64,000 nt of DNA. Source: Perna viridis. Lineage: Eukaryota. Location of the stretch: the NCBI GenBank assembly GCA_037379345.1, contig CM074511.1, forward strand, positions 36,152,862 to 36,216,861, read 5' to 3'. The translations under genes were made by a program, and so were the position numbers. This document shows, piece by piece, positions 25,713 to 40,755 of the stretch (position 1 is the first letter of the stretch; every line of letters begins with the position of its first letter). Under the pieces are notes generated by a model, which saw only the letters and a list, made by a program, of their open reading frames with translations, was not told the origin of the DNA and made no database searches.

Positions 25713-28700
25713 CAAGTGAGTGTAATCCGGTAACGTTTAAGATAATTTGTAATGGCAGAGATATAGAATAGTTGTTATCTATCATTGGTCGTCTAAAATC
25801 ACAAATTTTTACTTTGAACATTTAACGTGTGAAGGTAAAACCTTATAAAGCCCAATAAAGTGTCATGTTTCTGTTGAAAAAGAATTCAAATTATTTAATA
25901 GTGATTCATTATTTTCTGTGACGTTTTCTGTCGTATGGCATATACTGCAAAAGTAGTGAAAATGCCACATGGTGTCATAAAAAGAAGTGTTTTTGTTATA
26001 ACTATTGCATAAAAAAATATCATAAGAAGAAGTGTTCCCCCTTGTTCAAATTGTGTTTAACGATAATTTGATAACTTGAACTAGCGCAGACAATACAATC
26101 ATTAATAAATTATATTGGAAACACTTGTGACGACCATTAATAATTATTTTTTTATTCTGTCTCACTGCGTGCCCATCCAAAACATCTGTACATTACATGT
26201 CTGTTCGACGTCATAACAAATAGTTTCCCATCGCAGACGCACAGCACATGTAAAACAAATTCTAAAGACATGCTTTGCATCTTTTGTTAGCTTTCCCTTT
26301 GGAACTTGAATAATTATATATTAATTGGTCATTAGGAGACGGATTTCCATATGTTCTAACTTTCTTAACCAGATTTTACACGCAACTTAATAAAAAGGAA
26401 GACTTTAAATACATGGTTTTTCCTTAAAAAAGCGGAATTTTTTTCGTATATCAGTAAAATTTCTGAAAATGATCACTGGTATGCCTAAGTTCTAAACAGA
26501 ATGATACCAAAACATTGCCATTAACATTGACATATGTGCACTGTCGCAGTTACAAGTTACTAAAGACGACAAGTTTGAGCTTTTAAGGAGCACAACATAA
26601 ATTATTTTGTACAACGTTTCACTCAAAACAATCTTGTTAAAATTGTAGCATCATGACAAACATCTTGAGAAAGTGGAATCAAGGTAAGAGCCATATGAAC
26701 GAATCAGAAATCAAGAAAACATAAAAGGACACGACAAAACAAAACAGTAAGTTACATGATAAAAAAACATTGCAGAAAAGGGAATGAAACAGACAAGTTC
26801 AATGACAGATTTATGTTTTATTAGTGTTTTTAGTGAGTTCCAGCTCATTACGAGCATGTTATGTGGCGAAGCTGTGCAACGCTATCCTGATAATCTGTTT
26901 AACACTATCAGCAGTATGAGAAGCAACATATCGAACACGCGATCAGTGTCGGTAAAATAATTACCCTGTTCCTGCAGAATAGTTTAATTTTTGCAGTTTA
27001 TTTATCTAATAGCCTATATTTCTTTTAGAAAACATATTAATTTTGCAAAAAAGTTTACTTCTGTTCCAATAAAACTGAAAAAGTAGCATCATATCGTTTT
27101 TACAACATAATAAATCACACATGCATGATCAGTGTCGTGTTGGGTTTCAAAACTGTTTTCAATATTTTTTAACTTAACGATGAAATTTAATTTATCAATT
27201 CTTGTTTCTATACTTTATAGAAAATATATTTCACAATTTTGATCGACAAAACCGTTGCCTCATGAAGTAATTAAAAATTCATGATATATACGTTTGAATT
27301 AAAGCATTTCAACGGAAAATTTAAAAGTTTTCATTAAGTAAAATGTTATGTCGTTTTGATATTTCCGATTTGGCAAATTTTCATATACATTTGTAATTCA
27401 AATTCCCTTTACAGCCAAAACACCGCATCAACATAATTACACCTAATTGAGGTCGACCTAATGTAAATAAAAACCCTTTTTTATTGGTCCCGTGCATGGT
27501 CAAGTAGATACCTTGCAGCTAAAGTACAGGTGCGGGGCTTGGCTTCAATTCTATATCTCAATTTACTGCATGCATGTTTACGCTCAGGCAAATTTTCTGC
27601 CTTGTTTATCTTAAACAAACGACTTGTCAAAGGAATGATGTGAGAAAGTTATTGAGTGAACATTTTCATCGGCACGGGCCTTAGGGTCGGTGGCTTGTTC
27701 ATCATTCAACATCACAATCCTGTTAACTAACCATTTACAAAATTATCACTTACAGCAAAAAATACTTTAGCTTAAATTTTTACCATTTTCTAAATGCAGG
27801 TTTTTAGGTTTTGATATTATGGCTTACGCCCAAAATACTTCTTGTAACACATATATTTTTTTTTGCTTTCCGCCTAATATCATGTCAGAAGTGAGAGCAT
27901 TTTTGAAGGCGGGTAACAATCATTAATTCTTCACATTTGATGGCAGTATTCTTTCTCCGTAAATTCATCTAACATAAACTTTTGTAAAGTAAAACACAAC
28001 ATAATTACTAGACAAATAAATCAAAAGACACCTTCATTAACATTAACCAAACCAGGAGCTACAAAGTTTACATTATTCAACGCCAAAGATTATCCAATTT
28101 TGGAAGGACATCAATCATAGCAAATAGCTGGTAATTAACTACACCTGATTAGCTCATGAAGGTATCTTGTGGATAACCTCCCCTGTTTCAATCTTCATAA
28201 ATCAGTTTTAAAATGATATCTGAAGTGTCTTCACTCTCTTCAAAATATTCAAAAATAATTTTTGTAACTTTAAACGCAGCAGGGATGACATTCCTTCAAA
28301 AATTAATATGTTCTTCTAGAATTGAAGTTGGATAGTTAGAATAATTTCATTTCAAAAGATGCTTAAATGCGCTTGTAAATCCCCTGACTTGTGAACGATA
28401 ATATAAAACCATTTGTCATTTATGGTTTTAAAAGGGAATATATATTACAAACATTTGATTGTCCTATGTAAAAAAAACGTTCATTGTCACCTGTTTTCTT
28501 TATTTGTAATATTTTCGCCTTGGTACAGCCTTTCACAGATTTACTAGTCAATTTAACACCTTTTCTTCAAATATAAACAAAACTGTTTGTAAATATACTT
28601 TTTCCAACTTTTAGATAATTGGATGGAAAATACATTGCTCAAACATTCTTTCTTTGATGAATTTGTGCTTTGTTTACACCAAATGCGAAAAGGACTCGTA

Positions 28701-30925
28701 TTTCATGAATATGTTTGCTTTTTGCTGAAACCCTAATCTTTTTTCAAACAATCTATTTTCCTATATAGCAGAAATGTTACCCTTCTGATGCCAGGCCGTT
28801 TAAATGAATGCTTGAATGGAATTCCATCTCATTATGACGAGATTAACAAATCAGGGTACACGATGAATAAAATCGCCATTAAAACTCGACAACAAGGAGA
28901 TTTCTATTCACAGATGTATTGGCGAAGACTTGATTTTTGATGGAGTACACGTCTTCTTTTCACCCCTGCACGGCTTCTTTTGAACAACTGCTCAATAGAT
29001 ACTTCAACCAATAGCTGTGATAATTTGAATTTTATTACTTCTTAAGCACTTCGACAACTGATATATTGTCAAGAACTGATTTAATGTGCCGAAAATTCTA
29101 TTCCCAAGTCTTTCTCAAGGCGTATTGACAGTGTAGAATATCACCCTCTGATAAAAAAGAAAAAATCTACTTTTACGTTTCACTGAAAGTGTCTGAGAAA
29201 AAAAATGAACATTGTAAACGAGATGTGAAGTTCAGATATCAATGAAAAAAACTCTTAGTAAATTTTACTTTCTGGCAACAACCCACTATTATTTCATGTA
29301 GCAATTCCGTCCTAAATTAAACAGAACTGCATCAATAGAAATGTTATACTAAATATCTGTAGACTACTAACGTACTTTCCCCTAGTTTTATAACCCGTTT
29401 TATTTGTACATTCTGCATACCACACTGAAGTAAATTGTTATAATTCATGCACTGGCATTAAAAAGCCTCAAATTATACCAATCGTGATCGTTTAATTGTA
29501 TTGTCGGCGATAAATTAACGGTTTAGAAGAGTCATAGCGTTAGACGATCTCCCAAGTAAATCACTTCAAGTTATATGCAGCTTATGAATAGTACTCAAGT
29601 AAGTTTTCTCAGGGAAATCCACGTCGTTTCTTCTTGTTGACCAGAAATAAATCTATGTGAAGGATGACGTTAGCATATCATCTTTATTTGAATTTGCATT
29701 CCACCTTGGCTTTCTAAGTTCGAAACGTCAGATAATTGATTTGGGTTTTCAAGTCAACTAATAGGTGCAAGTAACTTTTGGAATCAATGTACTTAGAAAA
29801 TATTGCCAACAATTCAAACAGCTAAGCATCAAAGTACTTACTTATATATTTTCGAGGGTTAATCAACATGCATTTGGGCCAGTCAGAAGGAATTATTCGT
29901 ACTTTCACCCAACACGAGATAGATGTATGAGGAAAAACGGAATTACTTATTTGCATGCATATAAAACTAATTGTATTACTGATACAAATGGGTTTATGTT
30001 CATATACCTTTAATGAACTTAAAAACGGTTATATTGGAATCTGTCCACTTTTATTTCAGTAATTGTACAAAGTTTCTATTACAACACGAACATATACTGA
30101 CAATGTGATCAGTATCTTATCAAGTAATGCATTATATTACTGTAGCTTTTTTTTTTATTTTTGCAAGATCCTATTTAAAATATTCAGTAACATTCATTAG
30201 ATACAATGGAGTTATTTTTTGCCAATTGTATCCCGAATACGAATGAATCGTTAATAACACAGTGTCAATTTAAATCTATAATTCACTATGTCAGTAACAT
30301 CGCTAGAATTGTCTGTCAACAAGCTTATAAAATGGTTTTTGACCCACGTTACGTGTGGTTAGGGTGTAAAAGTGTCAAATGAATTAGGGCTCTGTCCATC
30401 ACAGTATCTTTCATGTGTGATTTCCGAGCTTAAACACCTGGTACATAGTTTGTACTTTGTCCCGCTGCCATCATGCAAGAAAACCCTTTCGTATCACCTT
30501 ACAGATATTTTTGCACTCCTATTTCAAATCCAGCCGAGAAAAGAAGTCGGAAATTCAATTACGATTATCATCACTCCGCATAAAAATAATTCCGAAATTT
30601 AAATAGGGGCGTTTAAGGTCTAAAGGTCCTGTCACAGATTAATCTAAAATAACTTGTCTCTAGGTGGTCAACATTTCAAATATCATCACTCTGAACTACG
30701 CAAACTATGCAACAAATTTGTCATGTGCAAAACAAACGAATTGATATGTTTTTATAATAATTTGATGGATAACTGTATATGATCATGTTTATTAAATGTG
30801 GTCTCTTACGTCAGAACTAATCAAATTTATATTTTTACGAGTTTATTAGTAAACTCCCATGCAATGCTACTTCATCCTTCCATATGTTGTGATTTCAACA
30901 ATCAAATAAAGCCCACATTTTTTAA

Positions 30926-31299
30926 GAGGCTGTCCATGTTAAAATCAGTCAAATTCTATGATATGGGTGGCACCACATATTTTTTTTCAACTGAATTTTT
31001 AGTTTCAAAGTAATATTTGTATCATACAAGGTAAATATGTAAAAGATTGTTTTAAGCGACAATGGATGATCAGAAAATGATTTTAAAGTTCCTTAACAAA
31101 GCAAACAATTTTTGCAAAATTACGAGCTATCTCCTTATTTCAATAAATGTCAATACTTCCTGTGTAATTTATTTCTCTTTAATCCTAAACAAACATTCAA
31201 CTTTGAGAAAATATGCATTTCTTATATGCTATAGATGATTTTTTTAAAACAAAATTTCTCACGTGCCACCCTCTGCCTTGTTTTTGCATGGACACACTC
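30926..31299. mobile_element. Sola3-like non-autonomous DNA transposon (MITE)
   Basis: Termini GAGGCTGTCCATG...CATGGACACACTC flanked on both sides by TTAA (30922-30925 and 31300-31303). GAG...CTC ends with a TTAA TSD are the Sola3 signature. A homologous copy lies at 9699-10100. Confidence 0.7.
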
Positions 31300-33454
31300 T
31301 TAAGTGTATAAATGAAACAGTTTGCTAATGAGACAGAATGTGTACAACTGTAATTTCGCACCCTTTACTGATCTAAGATTTCTCGTCAGACGAAAAAGTG
31401 CTTTTTATTTGTTTTTTTTTACCATGATATACAAGCACATACATATATGCTGGTTATCTTTAAGGCGATTTAAGGTTGAAGTACTGTTGTGAGATCCATA
31501 ATCAAAATACAGTTTTCTTTGAAGACATTATCTATTGTGTTGAGGTTTTGTATTGTCAGATTCATTCTTCTTTTTCGATGTTTCTCACGATTTAAATGCA
31601 GGAAATACATCTTTACATGATGCAGCGATTGTCCTTAATTGGAGAATCATTGTCATTTTGTAAATAGTGGGCGGATTCTGTCTTACGGTGTAACGACTTT
31701 TCGATACTTTTGTACTTTGCTTAAACTTAAGCGTACGTATAAAACATTATGTTCGCCATGTATTATAAAATAACAAAGACTTAAATACTAACACGGTGTC
31801 TGCGGTTTCAAGCATTTCATCCCCTCTGACCTTGAAAAGAATACAGTATTTGGTATTCAGATGTTCCAATACTGGGGATTATAGGTCAAACTAGGGTTAC
31901 GAATGCAACTTCCTTTCGGGTCCCTTTTTGCATGAGAATATACTCATTAATGAAACTTTATATCAAAATGATACTAAAGATGAAAAAAAAATCATGATAG
32001 CGAATTCTCTAAAAAGATAGCGATGACATCATTAAAGATGGATTTTGATAGTTCTTTGAAATTTAATGAACGATAAAAATGCGATTTAAAGAGAAGCTAC
32101 ATCATCACTATATTGTCATGTCTTAGTTTTAAAACAGCTTGAAGAAAAACTGCAAAAGAATCTGGAAAATTGATAAGTAAAAAAAAAGAGGCTACACTTT
32201 AATACATTTCAATTTGAATTTGACATCAATGTATTTGAAGCCGTCTGTGGCATATCTTCTTCGTTTGAAGTTTTCTGGCAAATTAAACCAAACAGAGGGT
32301 CGGATAATGCTTACCCATTTTCTTTTTTTGTGATTTAACAAACTGGAGATAATTTTGATATCAAAACGTTATCTGAGGTATTTGTTTTCCACCTGATTTT
32401 TGTTCTGCTTAACATTGGGAGGATCTTCGTATATAATGTAAACTTAAGAGCTTGTAGGCTTAGTCGGTGTTATATATTTGACACGTTTTTGTTGCATTTT
32501 ATGTTATTTTAATGATTTTTGTTTTAGGCTGTATGTGATTGATTAACTTTTCATAACAAAATAGTTAACTTTGTAGTAAAAATGAAAATGCTAGAAAGGT
32601 GAAGCAAATTGGGGGTTGAGTGTTTTTCACGCATTTTTCTTCTTCAGAATATTGTGTCAAATCTAACAAAATTTTAATATCACAATAATTAGAAATGATC
32701 AATGAAATATCGACTTAATTAAGCAATTGTGTCTATCTGTTTTTCATACTTCGTGACCTATTAATTTTAATATTTGACAAGTGTTTTATTTAAACAACTA
32801 ATAATAATCACACAAACCAGTGTGTCACAGAAAATAGATGTATAAACTGAAAAAATTTGACAGTTTCAATTAAAATCACCGCAAATGTATTATATATTTC
32901 ATTTGAATAAACTTAGAAATGATTTAAATGAGCATTCTTGTGTTCCTTTTCAAAGTACCTCGAAAATGATATTTTCCCTTTCTTTCTCTTATATAAATGG
33001 AATTTGAAACTAACGCCTTCGACTGAAGAAAATATAAAAGTTAATCAAGTATTAAAAAGGGAGGGGCGCAATTTTATTGAGTTAAAGCTGCATCAATCAT
33101 TCAAAAGCATATCTTTTAACCTATCATTTAATTTTTCTAATGATAAATGTTGCTTCCAGAAAAAAAAAGCAAGTCATCTTGCACTGTCTTTTTAGAATAC
33201 TTTTTACGATAGTATTTTTACTGAATTTTATAAAATTGGAAAAGTGTATTTATTGGCTGTATGTATTTAATTTAATAATTAAATCAATATTTGAGTTTTT
33301 ATCTATACATTTGTAACCATTGTAAATACATTGACTTATTGACAAGTCATAATATCAAAGTTCAATAAATATCTAAAAATGGTAATTGTGCAAGTTAAAA
33401 TAACTTTGGATCGGGAGAGTGATGGCACAACAGACAACTTTAAGGTGTACTTAC

Positions 33455-33673
33455 GTGAGGTTCAACATATCCTACTCGTTGTGTGATTGGATCATTTCTA
33501 ACAACTTCTATTCTACATTCCTCCCCCTTTTCTGTCCGCGAAAATCGAATATCATCCCTTTTCAAGTACACACTTCGTCCTATGTCGACCGAAAGCTCCT
33601 TTGTATCCAGGACAATTTGACACGAAACACATATTGAAAGCAGAGACACAACTGCTAATTCCTGAACTTTCAT
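33455..33673 (-). CDS. FREM1: FREM1-like protein, coding exon 1 (signal peptide and start of NV domain)
   Basis: ATG at 33673 gives MKVQELAVVSLLSICVSC-QIVLDTKELSVDIGRSVYLKRDDIRF...CRIEVVRNDPITQRVGYVEPH, matching recalled vertebrate FREM1 [21 protein letters not shown]. In-frame TAG upstream; GTAAGT donor at 33454, phase 0. Confidence 0.9.
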
Positions 33674-33872
33674 GTTTACTCCAAATCCTAAACACAACAC
33701 TCCATTCTACATCCTAGAAATTTATTTGACTCCTTCCATATCTGTTTAACCACTAGTTTTGAATAATCCATCTATGTATTCCGTTTTTTTTAAATCTTGT
33801 CACATTTTTTTCGACCTTACTGCAGATTTTTCCACTTTAGAAAGCTATAATCTTCACATACAAACAAACCAC
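33674..33872 (-). other. 5' UTR part of the first FREM1-like coding exon, containing several uORFs
   Basis: Acceptor ctgtttgttttcacag| ending at 33873 implies a non-coding exon further upstream, which could not be located reliably (candidate donors at 37187 and 37864). Confidence 0.6.
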
Positions 33873-36800
33873 CTGTGAAAACAAACAGTTAGTATAAATC
33901 TACAACTCTCGTGTTTGTTATAATGTTCCTTTTAATCATAGCTAATAATTCGATGAATAGAGGCTTGTAATCGAAAGAAAGCTTTTGTTATGTCTTAAAA
34001 TAAACACTGCCCTTGACGGTACATCACAAAAATATATAAGAATGCCTCAAAGACATTCCAAATCCGTTTGCTCATAGTCCAATTTTTTAAGTCATACATA
34101 TGTAAAATATTACATTTTTCTAGGTTGGAAGTTAAGGCCGCCAAGCTGTGAATAATACGTTGACGATTTTGACGATTAGAAGTGTTTTGAGATCAAAATC
34201 CAACAATACTACTTAAAACGAGCCATGTTTGGCAAAGAATTAAAAATAAAATAGATTAGGTAAGGCTAGATTACACTTATATAAACAAAGATTTACGTTT
34301 TAAGGATTTAGACCGTTGGTTGTAATCTTTTACTTTCCAACTCGGTGCTCGGATATATCTTTCCAAGTGTCAAGTTTGGAGCAAACTACCCAATTAATCA
34401 AGTACTCCCCGGTTTAATGCGATAAAGTTCTCACCTTCATTTCAAGCTCATATTTAAATATCTAATTAGATTTCAACGTTTCTTGCCTTTCCTTTGTGAA
34501 GAAATATTTCAATTTTGACGAATAAGATAATTTGAAATACTCTTTTCGGAACGTCTCTTTTGCTCTAGGGTCTCTTTTTTTCGTTTCGGATTCTAATTTA
34601 TTCGCAGCTCGAAAGCCATTATAAGACGTGTCCAAAACCATTCATTTCCTTTAGTCGGTGTAAAAATAAAGTTATGAATGGAAAAATGTGACATTGATAG
34701 AAAAAAGTCATTGTACGGGTTAGATTTAATGAATTATAAACAGAAGTGGTTTACGAACACCTGTTTCTTGCTTTACGAGACAGTTAAGGTGCGTGATAAA
34801 TACTAGTGGATCTGACATATTAGCCCATTCGATATGTCACTGTTTAGATTAACATAAATATATATTTCTCAAGTGAGATGTGAAGAGAAAATAAAGTATT
34901 TTCTAATACATGAGTACATTGTTGGCTTTCCTACTTTGCTAGGAGTATCGTCACTGGAAGCAAACTACTATTTCTAGCGACGAGTCAGGGGATTGAATTT
35001 TTTATGAATTTAAACACTAATAGTATGATTTAAATGCAGGGGTCATCAAATAGTGCACTATAAAACTTCAAGTGCATGACATGTAATCTTTTTAGAATTA
35101 TATACATGCCCAAAGGCAGGGATCGGCTGCAAATCCCATTGATTCAAAAATTGGCTTGTTAGTATTTTTGTTCGTTTAGCTTTGTAAACATCAGATATCT
35201 AAAGAAAAAATATAACTAGAAAGATTGTTTTATGAAAATACATTATTACGAGAAATCTCGAGTAATATGTTTCATGAAACCTTTCTAAACCCCTGTTTAA
35301 AGAACAAGATGGTGGTTAGCGTAGTTCTTCATTGAGATAGACTTGTATTAGGGTATTGGGCCGGGTGAACATACTTAGTTCTTTACTTAAACCTGCTTGA
35401 CTATGTATATTAGCATTAAAATTTTCAGATCAAATAAAATACCCGTGACTTGTTCGCGTTTACGTGTTAAAACAAACAATAATTATAAGGGTAAATAACG
35501 AAAGAATGAGAACTTCATAATCATAGTATGAAAATGGTCACACACAAAGAAATCTAGCAGTTTGGTAAACAAAAATATGATAAAACAAAATCCTAAAATC
35601 AATTTTCGTAATCCTGTAAATCACCATCATGTCATGCACTCAATATGCTAAGACAAATATTTGAGGACTAATTCTTCTAATAACATTTGAAATTTGATAA
35701 CCACACATTTTTAAAATATTATTTAATGGTGAACTGGGCTTAGCGTAAACGGTATTGATTTTAATGTAGCTCTGAAGATAATAGTAGTCGGGTATTTCAG
35801 TATTAGGGTGCTGGTAAATACTGGGATCGAGTCACGCAAATTGTCAACTAAAGCACAGGTGTGCTGTTCTTAATTACGCCTGTATAAGCCGCAAACTCGT
35901 GTTTTGTTACTTTTGATATTGCTCATAGGATGGAAATAACGCGAATGACATATAATAGAAGCTATGCGACATTTCGCAACCGTGATACGAAAATATGATC
36001 ATAAAATCCATTACAGCATAGCATCATTTCTCTACGTACACCGGTATTGTAAGATAACAAATGATCAGAGATAACAATCTTTATTTGCCAAAATTTATTT
36101 AACATAACAAATGAAACCTACGTTTAATGATATACGGAGACAACTTTCTAGCTTTTAATTATGCAAAAACCCTATAAAAAACCCTTTTATATACTATTGA
36201 TAATATATTAAACACTTTTAACATTTTTCAAGCCTTTAAAACGATTAGATCTGAATGTACTATCGATGGAAGTCTTAGCTGCGGTTCGGATACGGTATAT
36301 TAGATTCTATTATCTTAATTTAATTATCAATAGATATTATAATGGCATGTTTTCTCCACACGCCATAGTAAATTTCGAGGTTATATCATGAAAATGGAAA
36401 ATTAATTATTCAAGGTATTTTATATTAAAAATGTGATGGTGAACTCCATATTCAAATATCTATTGAAATAAACAAACTATCTTTGGTCTTCTTGATGCGT
36501 AACAGTGGTGCAGAAACTTGTCAATGACACCCGAGATGAAATGAATTACATTTTGAAATACACTTAGTAGCATATGCAAAATGGAACTAGAGACTTTCTC
36601 TCTTCGGAAGCTGTACCCGTTTTAAAAGTTGATTTGCCCCTCTTCCCAACTGTGTCTATCCCGATTTCACCCCTGAAACATTAAAAACCTTTTCAATCAA
36701 AATTGAAGCTAAATTGTCCGACTGGTGTTTGTTTATATATGATATTGATGCGTTAAAAACCCTATGGACTAGGCGTTATTACACCCGGAAAACAAATGAT

Positions 36801-39800
36801 CGCTTTAATTTTCGAAAAAAAATCCATTTAATAAGTATTTAACATAACTTCTGGAAAAAATTAAAAATATATAAATAAAAATCAAAATGCTAAAGATATA
36901 GAGAAGAGGCCAACAAAGCTACAAGCATAATGATACACTAGTCATTTGACTCTGTGTGATACGTTGTCAAGACGTTGTTAATTTGCTATAAAGTTATTCA
37001 TATTCAGTCTGATTTGACCAACGCGAAGCTATATGTCTGCATTTTTGCCACTCTGTTAAAGTAAGATTTTCTTTGCTATAAAATTATATGGTATTGTCTA
37101 TGATTGTCAATTTATTATTCAACTTAAAGAGATACAGGCAAGATGAGACGGAATGTCATTGCTAAATAGAAAAACAAATATACTTACAATAGTCGAAAAG
37201 TTCGAATAGCTCTAAAAGAGATGAGATATGAATTTGAAATCCAACTCCTTTTCACTGTAATAGATTTTGTTGTTATACAAGAAAATAAATCATCGTCTTA
37301 AGCACACCGCTCTTCGAAATCTGAAAAGATCATCAATTTTAACACTAAAAATTATTCCAATGCTTTGAAACGAATATTATTTGTGTTCAGTTAGACTACG
37401 GACTGATATACATCACCATGATGTCGCACGCCCATTTTACGGATGACTTTCTTAAAATTCAAATGCTTCATTTAATGATATTGATAATTTTTCCTTCCAA
37501 TGAGAAATTTCCATTGCACATGATTTCACTCAGTGTCCATTGATTCAAACGATTTACAAGAATTTTCACTTGAAATGCCTAATACCCGATTTCACATCAA
37601 AACATTCTATTAAAATTTGTCGTATTTTTTTATTTCACAGAAAATTTGTTAACACGGAATATTCACATCAACGGATAGATTTGTTCATTTAATCTCCAAT
37701 CATTTCTCGTGCACCTTTCGAATCACCCACGTGACTCCGCTATCATAGCCGTCATATAAAACCTTTAATTTTATACATTGACTGTTATATGTACGTTGTA
37801 TTCAACGTTCAGGTAGAGAGAATGGTAAAATTAATGATCTCTCAGCATTCCCACACCTTCTTACCTATGTTGATGAAGTTAACGTTCATAAACATTTGTT
37901 TTTCCATGTTCATTTTCAACGTAATTGCACTTAGCCAGAAATAGCACTCCATTTGAATATTTAATTAAATTTGTAATTGATTACACATTCAATAATTTAT
38001 ATCCTTTCTATTTGACAACGACTTTGATTCATTTGACAAAAGTACTCTTTCAATTTTGCCAATACAAACCTCATTATTGCACATTCTGCATGTCGCATGA
38101 GGCGTTACTGTTGTTTATTACTGTCTGGCGCACTCAAATACATTTTTGTACTTATTTCCATTTTTTTTCGGTGCTGTTAATTTAAAAAGAGGTGTGCTCT
38201 GTTAGTTTAACTCTATATTTTATGATGGATGATGATGCAAAATAACGTTGTTTATTGTAAAAAACGATATTTTATCCCCTTTCTTGCATCTCAAGCAGGT
38301 TAAAAAAAAAAACTCGGAAGTTTTAATGGAAATATCTGAAGATACAGTTTCATTCAACGTTTGTGCTCTGAAATAAACCTCTACAGAACACCGCCCAAAC
38401 AATTTTTAATGCCAAATAGTCAATTTAAAAATTTGTAATTGCAGATAAAGAGCTTAATATTAAGATTTTCATCTTAATGTTTGCGGTATAGAACGTCGTA
38501 TTTTGGCAAGTCGCGTCTATTGAAGTCCAAGAATGAAACCGTTTGACACTTGTTATTTTTTCCTTTCTTCTAAATGTTTGAGTAATATAATTCTCCAAGA
38601 TTAATTTTGCTAGTCGGCCGTTCGTTCGTCCGTTACCACGTTGGTCTTTTCGTAATGCTGAAAGTTAAGTTTTGGTATTAAAGGATTATTCAAATGAAAT
38701 TATGTTTCAATACCTTTTAACTTGATCAAACTCATGACTGGTGTCGTCACATCGGTTACGAACAAGAATACCCCCAAAATATTTCTTTAAATGAAAATCT
38801 GCTAATTCTAATTTAGAATAATAGACCAACCAAAAAATAAATTCTTGTTACAGTTGGTCAAAATGCCCCACGCTAAATCACTCGATAACCACGCTCCTCA
38901 TTTAAAGTTGCTTAAATTTTACCTCTGAAATGAAAATTGAAATAATTCTTTCCAAGAAGACATAAATAGCCTTATTTTTCTTAAAACTTCGAGTTGTTAT
39001 ATACACTGTGGACGCACTGACGGACTCCAATGTACCATAATACGGGAGTTTAAAATCAAAATCTGTTAAAATTTCTCCACAAAAATGGAAATGACTAAAA
39101 TGTGAAAAACAACATTCACGAGCATTTCTTACGCTCAAAATAATTAATGATCCGGGAGAGATTTATAATATAGCAATCAGAGTTGCGAATAGATATCTAC
39201 GATGTTAATTGCTAAAATTTGCTGTTACTACAGTGAGAGCCCTAATTCAATTGATTTATTTATTATCTTTTAGAACAGAGCTCGTAGTAGAGAAAACGTA
39301 GTTGCAAGGTCTTAACTATTGGCAACTTCATTCTTCAAATGGTGCCAATTTCAATCCGATAGTTTGTGAATAATGGCGACCCACATCAAGAACTTAGCTC
39401 CATCAAACTTGCACTTGATGATTGATAAATATGTACGCACTCGGTTATTGGCAACTCATAAAACTTACAGGAAACATATGCGCAAAATATGATATTCTTC
39501 ATTTATATGTTTTCATCAAACATGTTTGAGATGGGATCATTAAAACAAGAACCAGTAAGCATCTGAGCGTGGTTATCACTTTCTATAAGACAGTAATTAC
39601 TGTAGAGGCGATGACCTGTATATATTCAAGGAATCATCTGCTGGAAGATAATCCGGCTATTACGTTAATACAAAAGGGTTAGTTGAACCATGCAAAAACC
39701 CAAACCTCATGAAGACTAGACTTTGCAAAAAAATCTCTTGATATCATTTCAACAATGCTTATAACAATGATTGTGTCTAGAGATACATTTATTTTTACCT

Positions 39801-40502
39801 CTACATTTATCCGTTCTTATGCTGGATATTATTTTTTTTTGCTTTTTAAGCTCCTTAGAGATGATTGACATTTTAATAATCCATACTTTTATTTCACTTT
39901 AATATTATATCACCCAAACGGAATTGTTAGTCTTGTTTTTGCATGGTCAAAATTTTCCAAAGCTATTTGTTGGATGAGCATTTCCTCTTGACCATGCTCT
40001 TTGTTATATCTCTTTCTGCATACTAGTGTTGCCTCCATGTTATTTTCATTTGTGTTCATTTTATTGAGTTAAAGTGAAAGTAAGAATTGCTCACTGATGT
40101 TGTCCATCGCAAGGCAGCATCAAGTCGCGGTTCAACGAAACATTCCAAAAATGAAAAGTGTTGAACGAAAAGAAAGATCTACAACACACAACATTAATTA
40201 AAGTTCCAGTGTTGACTTTACTAAAAATAAATCAACCATTCAAGTTTAAATCTCAATTTTTTTCCTTCTATCTTCCTTCTTTTTTTAATTTGCATACCAC
40301 CCCAAAATACGCCGTCTTTCGATATTTTGGTAAGAGGTCATATTCTATTTAGAACCAAAAAAAAAAGCTGCTGTTTCTTGCATGGTGATTTCTTAAAGAC
40401 TATTAGCTCTGCACTACAGAATACAGGCAGATTTGTTGCAGTACAAATACTAACAACTAAAGTGTTTGTAGCTGTTGCTATACCTATCTCTGATCAGGAA
40501 CC

Positions 40503-40755
40503 TTAACTTTTTATGAGCAACTCGGCGGGTGTTTCTAGAAAAGCAAAGGACGCTTACTATACCGGTGCACCTGGTTCATGCTCCCAGTTTTTAGTGGAGT
40601 CCGAGTTGCTCATTCATGCTTTTGTTACTTTGTATGTATGATTTTAGTTACTTTATGTTCTTTGTTGTGTATATCTGTTTTCCATGTCTGGTCTTTGTCT
40701 CTGGATTACATTCTTTTGATTACCGCTATAACCTTGGTTCCCTTGATTATTCTTC
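40503..40755 (-). repeat. Repeat family A, copy 4
   Basis: tttttatgagcaactcggcg...accggtgcacctgg..catgctcccagtttttagtgg...cttggttcccttgatta is the reverse complement of the 17.7-kb copy. Confidence 0.9.
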
